From NCBI RefSeq assembly GCF_022045235.1, contig NW_027266341.1, forward strand, positions 58,962,001 through 59,026,000: a stretch of DNA of 64,000 bases, written 5' to 3'. Below the pieces are notes generated by a model that saw nothing but the letters and a program-made list of their open reading frames with translations, was not told where the DNA came from and searched no databases. Of the stretch, positions 11,487 to 23,200 are shown in pieces. The DNA is from Haliotis cracherodii. Lineage: Eukaryota. The position numbers and the translations under genes are program-made. The first letter of the stretch is position 1; each line of letters begins with the position of its first letter.

Positions 11487-13596
11487 ATCTGTAGAGAGAG
11501 GTTAACAGAAGGTGAATGTCGCTGGATCTATCAGCTCTAGGTCAGATATCAACATGCACATAATTTATCAGCATTAAATGCTGCTGAAAACTATGCCATT
11601 TTGAAAGAATAATGTTTTCTCTTGGAAACAAGGGGTAATGCAAGCCACTTAGCACCTACCCAATATTCACTGTATCAATGTGAACCTTGGCATATAATTG
11701 TTTTCTAATTATTCTTGGTAATGCCTTTGTTTCAAGGGATTTGGATAATGACTATAGTGAAGAGGCGTGATGTGGTCAGATAAGTCTTGATCATTTTGGC
11801 TCTTACGGTGGACAAGTGAAATCTTCTAAAAAGATATTTAAAAATGGGTAAAAGATACTAAAACATAATGATTGTTTTTATTGGAAATTAAAATACTGAA
11901 GCACACTCTTAAGAAAATCCTTTACATGTCTTTCAAAAATTGCAATTACGGTATAATGTGCCACTCTGGCAGGTGGCAGAGGGATTATCTAGTGGCTAAT
12001 CTGATTACACTTCCCCGACAGTGCCCCTACACAGGTGACAAATGGAACACTGCCCCTACACAGGTGACAAATAGAACGCCATCCCAATATAGGTGACAAA
12101 TAGAACACCATCTCAACACAGGTAGCACAACAAATATCAGATTTTGTCCATGTCTTGCAGGTCTACAAACAGCAAGGTATGTTTCAGTTCATCAATTCTT
12201 ATGTCTGTACAACACTAACAGACCGATTGTATTTCTAATTGTACCTAGAACTGTAAGTTTTAGTGTTCAACGTGAAATCGGGAAACACATAAAAAATTGA
12301 ATAACATACCCTATAAAATTGTGTCATGATTTCCCTATTCAAAGTTAAAACATGTCTAACAAGCCCGATGCCTGTCATATAAACATTCAATGAGACGCCC
12401 GTATCAGGATTATTGGGAAGAACGGCCCCAGTACCCAAGCTTATTCCCAGAGTTGACTGGTGCCATGGCCAACTGTGTGTAGTGCTGTTGCTCATGATGT
12501 CAACCACTGGTTTGTCTGACCCAGATCTGATTACTTACCATTATGTAGGCGATGTATGTCTGACGGATGAACAAAGCACATTCACTTCAAAGATCCGTAA
12601 AATCATGTAACAACCTATTCAAAACCTTACAGACCCCTTCTGATTCCCATAATTCAATCATGTTACTCATCAAATACTTGTCTCTGACGTTTGTCTAATT
12701 CAAGCATTTACCACACCAAGACTCAAGAGAGGACATACAATAACTGTAATTAAAGTTCAGGGCACAAGTTTCATTATTACACAACACTTACAAGTTCAGC
12801 CAACTTTATTTCATGATGTTGTTTTACATATCATAAACTTAATGAGTAGTGAAGGACTAGTACCCTCATTATGATGGAGGAAACAAGAGCAGGGAAACCC
12901 TGAACCATAGACTAACATCTAGTCTCTGAAATGAACATATCGCACAGAAAAAAACAGTTGTTCAGTTATCTTAATAAAAATATAACAAAAGGGAGCCCAG
13001 TGACTCTCTTCATTTTCAGATACTGCTGTAATCTAACTTGCCAAACATTATAGACTTGCATGGGCTGTATTTGATATATATTTGTATCAGGGTCTGTAAG
13101 ACAGACTTCCTGAAACACCGAGCTGAGTCAATGGTCCTGAGGATGCAAGTAGTTCTGAAACTAGCTTGATCATCACCGTCAATACAGAAATCTCACCATC
13201 ACCTGGGAATACATACAACTGATTTGCGGTGTAGTTGCTATTTTTAATCAACAAATCAAGTCATTTAGGAAAAATATATTACCCAATAATGAAAAATAGT
13301 TTTGTTAGATAAATAAGTCTACCAAAATTAAGGAGATTGGCATCTCAGACAGATTGAGTTGCTCAAGTCAACGAAGATGGATATTGTAACTGGTGGCGAG
13401 GGGACAACAGCTGCACATTTCTAAGGACATTAACTCTGTAATGAAAGTTTGCAATTCATTTGGTTTGGGCACATTGTCAATGCAATTGCCTAGGAATTTG
13501 GTTCAACCCCTTGGAACAGTACTTCAGTTACGTTATGGAGTGTCAGCTCAATGTGGGCGGAAAGCCTGAAGGGAGGCAGGCCTTAGTTACTACAAC

Positions 13597-14939
13597 TAGG
13601 GCTGGGACGGGTAACTCGGGTCAGGTGGGTACTGAGTAGGACCCGGGTACCCACAGGACTACCCTGACCCGTGGTTAGTCACCTGATAAAAATTATCTAG
13701 AACTCTATGGTTACACTACAAGTCACTAATGTTTGGATTTGTTTCTGACTATGCACCATTCCTTCTGACTTTTATATGTTTGAATAAAGAATAAGATTCT
13801 GTCAAATTCAGTGGATGCATGGCCAGATCGTTCTATACGTGTATCTAAGTGCATTTTGCTTGGGCTAAAGTCAATCGACTCCAAATTGGATATTTTGTTC
13901 CTATCTCTTGAGACCGACACCTGGTAGGGTAGGTTAGTAGGGTGTTGGGTAAGGGTGAAACGATACACAGATATTCCGATGCATCGCGATACTTGACCCA
14001 CGATACGATATACGATACACGTGGGCCCATTTATCGATACGCCACGATACGGAATGCAAATCTCAAGTAAAGCGTTTCCTCGCTATTGTGCCTTTCAATA
14101 AACCGCTAAATTGGTTATAGCGCGCGGTAACGCATGGCTCCCCAAAACGTACTTACATTTTTAATAAGCTCAGGTTTTACACCGACATGTTTTTCCCCAT
14201 CTCAAAAAACATTATCAGCTGATCCCCGCAAGCACATAACACCGGAAATACCTGTCAGCAAATCCGAACTGAAGTACGCAATTAAATACGATTACTATAC
14301 TATCTTGTTATTAAAACGTGTTCATTATATATCTGGACTTGTGTTTGTAATATATTTTATTAATTTTATTCAAAATTTCATTTAATATTTTTTTCATTAA
14401 GTTATGCGAAATCGTGTGTGAAGAGATACTGCAACCACGGTCAGATTACCGCTTTTGACGTATTGAAACGAACTTTAGTTGCTAGAGAATGGATACATAT
14501 ATTAAAAATGCCATACTTTGACTCCTTAAAAGTCATGTGTGTGGCAATTTGGCGAATATATGTCAACATAAGGTTTTCGCAATCGAAATACATGTAGCAC
14601 GGGAAGTCCCTAGGGTGACTGATCAAATTGTTCCATACGTAAAAATATCCTGCATTAATTATTTTCTGGTGTTTGAACTTTGAATTGTTTTTAAGGAAAG
14701 TTAGAGAAAGTTCCAACTTCAGTAGTCTTGTTATTATAAAATAATTTTGACTGTTCCAAAATCATGAAAGGTTCAATCTTGACATGCTTTAAGTCTTGTT
14801 TTATTTATCATTGCATATCGAGATACGTATCGTATCGTGACCAGAATATCGAGATGCGTATCGTATCGTGACCTTCCTGTATCGTTGCAGCCCTAGTGTT
14901 GGGTACCCGAGTAGTAAATTTGGACTTGTCCAAGCCCTA
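13597..14939. mobile_element. Non-autonomous hAT-type DNA transposon, interrupted by a nested element
   Basis: TIRs TAGGGCTGGGAC / GTCCAAGCCCTA; 8-bp TSD ACTACAAC / ACTACTAC; same family at 17484-17870 and 61446-61864. Confidence 0.8.
13950..14895. mobile_element. Non-autonomous hAT-type element nested in the previous one
   Basis: TIRs TAAGGGTGAAACGATAC / GTATCGTTGCAGCCCTA; subterminal CGATAC/GTATCG repeats; perfect 8-bp TSD GTGTTGGG (13942-13949, 14896-14903). Confidence 0.85.
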
Positions 14940-16097
14940 ACTACTACCCATACAGACCGTTCCCAACACAGACATTTCCCAACTCAGACAATTCCCCGCA
15001 TTCCTGAGGCTAGTGAGCTAACTGACTGTAAAAGTCCCGTTTCCCCCCTTGCTGATCTAGGCTGTACCAGGACATGTGCCTGTAGTAGGGAAACACAAGC
15101 AGGGGTGTAAGACAGGAGAGGGGGCACATTAGCATGTATGTATGAGGGTTGTACTAACATGGATGTGAGTGACAGTGGGGGTAGGGGAAGAGGGAGTATG
15201 CTGGTTATACAGATAAACAGTGAACACATTTCTATAAGTGGATAGTGCAATGATGGGATTAAATTGCGTACTTCAATTCGGATTTGTTGACTGGTATTTC
15301 CGGTGTTACGTGATCGCGTTGATCAGCTGATAATGTTTTATGAGATGGGGAAAACATCGTGTCATTGGAAAACTTGAATTTATTAAAAATGTAAGCAAAT
15401 TTTGTGAGCCATGCTTTACCGCACGCTATAACCGAGTTAGAGCTTTATTGAAGAGCGCAAAAGCGAGGGAACACTATATAGCATATAGTGTAGGAAATAT
15501 AACTGGATATAAATGTTTATATCATCATATAACTGGATCAGTTTGACCTGTATGTTATATATTGTCTGTGCATGTTGAACAGAATTCAGGTCAAGGAGAT
15601 GCATGAAAGGAACATACCTGTGAGATTGTATTGTAATGTAGTGTAAATGTTGTGTAAAATGGTATCAACTGCTACCCTACAATATTTGAATGTGGCCGGG
15701 CGCCACCCACTGAAGTGTAACTGGCATGTAATTGTACCTGAACTTGAACAGCATGTGACATCTTAATAAATTAATTTTCTTCTTTTACTTCCGTAAATAT
15801 GTGCACAGGCTGTTGGGAGGGAAGTCAGTTGCTACACTGTGCATCCATTTTAATAACTTCCTGTCTGATGCTAATCCTGACTCAGCCTAGCTGTCAGCTG
15901 TTGGCGCAATTACCTCAAGATGTCACTAACGAGTCATGTGTCAAACTCACCTGTGCAAGGTAGATGTGTGATCATTAAGGTGAGACAATTAGTGTACCGA
16001 TGCAACTGTAGTGTCTGTGACATTCACCATGATGGTCACTTGGGGTCAAACGGAATAGTTACAGTAAAATATACATGGCTCATGAAAATGGTAGTGA

Positions 16098-16305
16098 CTG
16101 AGTGGGTGGGTGGGTGAGTGAGTGAGTGGGTGGGTGGATGGGTGGGTGGGTGGGTGGGTGGATGGGTGGATGGGTGGGTGAGTGAGTGAGTTGGGTCCAA
16201 CGTCTCTTTGAACAGTTACATCAAAGTGTGTCAGCTTGATGTGGGAGGAAAACCTGAAGTGATGCAGGTCTCTGACATTAACCACTTTGGTGAAACCCAC
16301 AAGCA
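16098..16305 (-). mobile_element. 3' part of SINE family D with an expanded (GGGT/GAGT)n tail
   Basis: Matches the 36613 family (tgtcagcttgatgtgggaggaaa...gatgcaggtctc); the tail is expanded into a tetranucleotide microsatellite. Confidence 0.65.
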
Positions 16306-16657
16306 TGGACCAAAGACAGAAGTGTATTCTCTGTACTCATGAAGTTATTCACGTTGTTCCCTTTGGAATTGAGCCCAAAAGTAGAACACTTCTGACCATC
16401 CTCAACATCAATGAATGTGTTTACACCATGGGCAAGATAATAGGCCGTTGTACTAACGAAAGAAAGTGTGCACCCTTTACACTTTCAATTTTTGAATTCC
16501 CAGCTTTCTTTAAACTGGTTCTTCATCTTCCATGTTTTAATCCTTATTAATTCTCAGAGTTCATTTATAAGTGACTTCAAATACCTTGTAATACACAAAG
16601 TCACAAGTTATTTTTGTTAAGAATATGTGATGTCTAAGTGTGGTCTTTAGACACCAG

Positions 16658-16764
16658 GGCCCCATTCCACAAAGTGATCTTAGCGCTAAGTCGATCGTAA
16701 CTCCCATTCTTTAACACTGACTTACGACAATTGTAGCGCTAAGATCGCTTTGTTGAACGGGGCC
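16658..16764. mobile_element. ~107-bp palindromic MITE, PIF/Harbinger-like
   Basis: ggccccattccacaaagtgatcttagcgcta...tagcgctaagatcgctttgttgaacggggcc; 3-bp CAG on both flanks; second copy at 23943-24049. Confidence 0.7.
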
Positions 16765-17270
16765 CAGGATCTTATTTAACTGTGCCAAGGAAGTTCAAAA
16801 CCTGAAAACATATGAATTGGTAAATAAAATTCAACACCCCTGATGCAAATTTCTTATCTGTGTCAAACAGGCACTAGCCATCACTGAAAGATAGCCAGGG
16901 GTTGAGGGACTATATAATTTAACGTATATTGAATCACATGTATCACAAAAGTAATGCTTGACACAACGAAATTTGTGGAATTCATCGAATCCATGGAAAA
17001 TTCTCATCCCTGCAAATTGGCAATCCAGCTCATCTCAGGCCAATTGGACTATGGCCGGCACTGGCTTGAAACAATACAGGAACTAGTTTAGTTGTGTTCT
17101 ACAAACTAAATGCGGCAGGATCTGATGTTACATGGCTTACAGGTAATTGATGCAATACCACTGCTCCACCGCAGCAGGAGGTATTATGTAGGTAGCCTAA
17201 CAATCAGACCATAGTGTCTAGTGAAGGCACCTTGGTGAGTTATCTCCCCTGTTTCCATGACAGCACTTAC

Positions 17271-20200
17271 CGGCATGAGGTATTGCTTGTATTTGTTGTG
17301 GACCTTCTCCCTGGTTTTGGGGTCCTCTGGGTAAAGAGTCTTCTGTACCAGCGCCAGCAGCATCTCTCTCTTCAGCTTCATCGCCAGCTGGGAGTTGAGG
17401 TCCACCTCAGATGTCTGCAGGCAACAAAACATACTTGGGAAGCATGCTTTACATTGGAGGGTTTTATAAATATAGATTCAAACTAGGGCCGGGATTTACT
17501 ACCCTGGTACCCAACACCCTATTACCCGACCCTACTTGGGTACCGCTATAGGTCTCAAGAGTTGGGTATGAAATGTCCGAAAGGGAATTCGTTTCCCCGC
17601 TAAAACTATTTAGATACACAAATAAAATGATCTGATCATGCATACGCTGAAGTTGATAGACGCTTTATCCTTTATAAAACTTTATAAAAGTCAGAATGCT
17701 TGCATAGTCAGAAAGAAATGTGAACATGCGCTATACTTGTAGAGTAACCTTGGAGTTTTATTGTTAATGTCGTTTAACAATATATCATGTGACTAACCAC
17801 GGGTCCGGGTAGTCCTGTGGATACCTGGGTGCTACTCAGTACCCACCCGACCCGGGTACCCGAGTTACCAAGTTATCAAGGCTAATTTCTCTTCTTGTTT
17901 TGTGGAAGAGACAATTCCAAATTTGAATAAGATCAAGAGCACCATTGCAGTCATGGGGCAATTGAACCCGAGACTTTGGCATGACAAGTTAACGCCTTAC
18001 CCACATGGCTACCTCTGCACCACAGGATTAGGGAATAAGTGAGTGTGGTTTTACGCCACTTTTAAGCAATATCACGGCAGGGGACACCAGAAATAGGCAT
18101 CACACATTGTGAGGTAAGGTGAAATGGGGTTTAACATCGCGTCCAAGATTATTGCACTTATATAGCGACGTGCATGTTCGTGTGTGTGTTTGTGTGGCTA
18201 CTTGTACTAGTTCGGACTGATGCCGATTTATAGTGCTAGCTCACTGAGATACCATGCCGCAGTTTAACATGAATACCCCACTCAGACACAGTATACTGAC
18301 TCCGAGCCAACCAGTCCTTGTTTTAGCCCCTTTATGCCGAGCGCCAGACAGGGTAACAACAAGTACCATCTTTTAATGTCTTTTGGTATGACGCGGCCGG
18401 GGATAGAACCCTGGACCTTCCGCTCTCCGGGCGGTCGCTCGACCACTAGACCACGGAGAAGATCACAGTCAAGCAGCTTAACAACAGTGCAGTGTTTACC
18501 TTCAGTATGTAGTGATCAAACCCATACACCTCATCGATCAGGTCGAGGGTGCGGAGGGTCACCTGGATCTCGAAGTACTTGTCAAGGATCTCGCTATATA
18601 GAACCCGCTTCGTCAGGTACGGACGCCAGATTTTGGGGATTCTGAAATGCAAAATAGTTTTTTCAAGCGAAGTCTTGGGAAGTGGCCAGTTCGAAACAAG
18701 TTCTGTAAAAAGCTTGAGAAAGCTGCTTTTTGATCATGCTGATTGGTTAATGTCCACAAATTTTACTCTTGTGTCCAATCCATTGGGTTTTGTACACTGA
18801 TAAGTAGACATTTTTAAAAGTTAATCTACTTCTATGCTGTTTCAGGCAACTTCTAATTAGCGTATGTTGGTGTGCTGCTCCAAGCAAACCACATAACAGT
18901 GATACATGTCTAGGTTACAATAAACGAGACGTCGCATATTGTATACAGGATGCCTGTATTCAGGCAGTGAGACAACATCTGTAAAGACATGTATGCAAGC
19001 TGAAACAGCAACTCAAGGTAATTACGCAGTGTTGTCTTACTATTTATCAAATGTCTCCATATGTATTTGAATGCAAGAAACTCAAAAATGGGCTATGGTG
19101 ATTTAGTATGATTATTTTTGTTTGTTGTTTAACACTGCCCTCAGCAAAATTCCAGCTACATGACAGCGGTCTGTAAATAATCGAGTCTGGACCAGACAAT
19201 GCAATGATGGACATCATGAGCATCAATCCACGCAATTGGGATACGATGACATGCATCAACCAAGTTAAGAAGCCTGACCACCAGATCTTGTTAGTTGCCT
19301 CGTATGACAAGCATAGTCGCCTTTTACAGCAAGCACAAGTTGCTGAAGATCTATTCTAACCCGAGTATTCATGGTGTGCTTGTGTTTTTTTACTCAAGCT
19401 TATCTGGGGCTCTGAAGTATGCAAAGTTTCCTCCATATCACAGTGACCTCTTGTAAAACTTGTCCCCACTGAAATCGGATGGACTGACGTGACATGACTA
19501 CACTATGGCAGCATGTATGTCTCGACCAGATGAATTGTGGTTGATTAATTGTGTGAGTGAGTATTGTTTTACGCTGCTTTTAGCAATATTCCGGTAATAT
19601 CACAGCAGTGGAATATAACAGGCAAGCAGGTCACACATAGCAACCCTCCTTGTGGTACTCCTCAGGGTCTATTCTGCCTCAAGACATCCACTGGGGAATA
19701 GCTGGGCATCACAGCAAACTGTATAGTTCAGTAGTGCTGTGTGTACTAACGAGTACTGGGCTTACGACAGCTGAGATCAATGGGCCCATTCAGTGAACTA
19801 TTTATATGTACCAGGTTTGAATAAGTCTTTTTGAGTATTTGTGTGTCTCAAATTTTACAAAGAGAAATAACTGATATAATATGATACCCAAGCGGATTAT
19901 ATGGATTTTCATTTTTGTATAAAACCAGAAATAGGTTTTCGTACAGTAACCTCTTCTCTCAGTACATAATTCTGCCACATGTCTACTCTCGTCAGTGGCT
20001 AACATATACACTGACCTGACATCTTCCCGAGGCAAGGGAGTTAACCAACTATAAAAGTCCAGTTTCCACCCTTGCCGAACTAGGCTGGAATTATGGAGTT
20101 ATATTTTGGCTATACATAGCCCAATTAAAATCGATTAATGAAATCAACATCCAATTTGTAAACTGACATCCAGATTTCAGTCGATTTCAGGATTTGCAGG

Positions 20201-23200
20201 GCATGTGTACCGATAACTTAGCGTTGACATATATATTCCCAATCTTTTCATGTTTTTAATCAAGGTACTCACATGATTTGATACACTTCGAGAAGTAAGA
20301 TCTGTTTCATTACAATGAAGATCTTAAATATTGATCAGATCGTCTTAACTGAGGCATCGCCATTATGTTTAAAGCAAGTGACGTGATAGGTGGAATCTGA
20401 CTGGTCAGTAGGAGGGGCATAGAAGGGACATAACAGCCACTGGTGGCGCTATGGTCAAGCTTTGAAATTCCAGCCAGGGTGTAAAATGGACATTTACGGT
20501 CAGTCAGCTCCTTTGCCTCAGGGAGACGGTGACCTGCAAGACAAATCCCAGCAATCATGACCAGTGGAAATCATAAAATAACAGCCTCCTTCTCAAAGGA
20601 ATAACTTGAAAGTTTTGTCCTGTAAACATTCTTTGGGACTCCAAAGGGATGTAACTCTGCACAGCAAATTGCAGCACCTTGGAGGACTGGGCCTACCGGT
20701 ATTTGTTGAACCCAGTTTCACTGCAAACCCGGTTTGGGATGTACAAACCTAGAAGCAAAGCGCCGGTCACTCTTCCGGTAGCCGACCACCAATCCCTCGC
20801 CCCCCCACAGACCCTTGTTGCATTCCTCGGGGTACACCACCTTCACGGGGACGTTCTGCACGCGCTCACTGAAACAGACACACAGTGCAGATATTTACTG
20901 ACTTGCCATACATCTTGCTTCTTAGACTCATACACCAAGAAGTAAGACACAAACAAAATGAACCAATTCAAACATGACCTTGAGATCTTGTTGATAGAAA
21001 ATTCTACGGCATAAAAATGTAATATTTGGAAAAGGAATGTTGATTATAAGGTTAATTATTTTGAGGGATTGAACATAGCTGGTCAGAAATGTGTTGCAAT
21101 ATGCAGTGACTGTATTGTGATTGGTATCGATGCTGGGGCTGGAATTTTGTATCGAGATTAGACATATTTTCAGCTTCAGCTGCAAAACCAGATATTTCAG
21201 TTTGGCAAGGGAGGAAACTGGACTTTTATAGTCAGTTAACGCCCTTGCCTCGAGAAGATGCAAGCATTAGTAATGTGCTATTCTTTCTGTTCATGGAAAA
21301 CAAAGGTAACTACAAATTTTAGACCAGAGAAAAATATGGGATTAACCTTTCATATTTCACTGAAGAGTTGTGACAGAAGCTCTAAGATCTATTTGGGGAA
21401 CAAGGCCAAGTAAAATACCTGCAATGCAGCACATCCCCAACATACATTCTAAACAGAAAATGCCAGGAAGTGAATGAGGTGTCAGAATAGAAACATCTTG
21501 CACTTTGATACACACTTAAGTAAGACATTTCCAAGACAGATTTGTGGCATCGGGCCCCTGTCCAGTCAAACTGTCAGCAGAAAAATGTCCAATCTCATTT
21601 AAATCAGATCTAAGTTCTCGCTGCCGCTAAACAAAAATCTGACGACATCCCATTACGGGTCACGTCAGAATGACCTTTTGCGAACTTTGACCGACCACTG
21701 AAATGACTAACAAGAAGTCGACACCAGCCAATTAGAAAGTAGCTTTCTCGAGCTTTACGGTACTCATTTCAACCTGACGACTTCCATTTTGACTACGCTT
21801 GAAAAATATGTTGACACAGTTCTCGATTAAAATTTTGAAAACTGAACAAACGAACATTCCAGAATGTCCAATATATGGTTGCGATTGTATGGCAGTGCTT
21901 CCCACGTACTATGCAACGTCTCCTCCATTCAAATGTTTATCCCACGGGAGCAAGAGATAGACGATAACTTTGACGGAATCAGTCGTACAGGCCGTAACTG
22001 TCGTTCGGAATACCCCGTTTTAACGTTTTCGAGATTGTATGATTAGAAAACACATTCCAACTGTCACTTGCATGATCTGGTAAGCGACGCTTTGATTGGT
22101 TGGATGTAAGGTCGTTCTGACGTGACCCGTAATGGGATGTCCTCAGATCTTTGTTAAGCGACAGCGAGAACTAAGATCTGATTTTAATGAGATTGAAAAA
22201 TGTCATAATTCCCTTGTAAAGTTTCCATGCACAGACTGACTCTATAGTGAAAAGTGTGGCGCCAGTTTTACCGTTTCCCTGTGTTGGGGTTCAGCTTGAA
22301 TGGCCCTTGTTCTGGCTGCCAGTGTACAGCTGTAGGTTCACCCTGCATGAACTCCATACACCGGCGCTTGTAGTGAGCCGGGAGCAGCTGATGGGCCTCC
22401 TTGGACAACACGTACTTGTACGCTGCATTTCCTGAAATAATGCAGTACACTTTATAATATCCGTCTCCAGAGTCATGGAGTGGAGAATCACTGGTACATT
22501 TACCCTTTTTCAATTCTAGGGCTGGGATGATATAGCAACTGTGTGATCCAATATGTGAGGTGAGATGAGGTGAGGTGAAATTGGGTTTAAAGTCGATCAA
22601 AGATTATTGCACTTATATAGCGATGTCCATGCATGTGTGTGTGTGTGTGTTTTAACGTCGCGTCCAAGATTATTTCACTTATATAGTGATGTCCATGCAC
22701 GTGTGTGTGTGTGTGTGGCTGCTTGTACTAGACCGGATTGATGCCGATTTATAGTGCTAGCCCTCTGAGATACCATGCCGCAGTTTAACATGAATACCCC
22801 ACTCAGACACAGGATACTGACTCCGAGCCGACACGTCCTTGCTTTAACCCCTTAATGCCTAGCGCCAGACAGGGTAACAACAAGTACCATCTTTTAACGT
22901 CTTTTGGTATGATGCGGCCAGGGATCGAACCCCGAACATTCCGATCTCCGGGCAGACGCTATACCACGGAGAAAGGTGATTTTTTAACCTTTGGCTTTGT
23001 TTTGAAAAGTATGAAAGCTTGCTTTTTAAAGGCCTGGTTTATCTGTAGACACATGTAGCATACAATATTGACATCACTTTGATGCATGAGAAAACAAGAA
23101 AAACAATTTTGGGTCGGGTGCTTCAGACATAAATGGCCAGGAAACCAGGAGACACATTTTGGGGGACCAATTGTAAAACATGTATACAGATGTTTTATCA

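Noticed and set aside
18334-18645. Recurrent ORF MPSARQGNNKYHLL (also 22855, 37605) and ...GPDSIIYRP ORFs as a gene family
   Set aside because: They are translations of SINE families A and B
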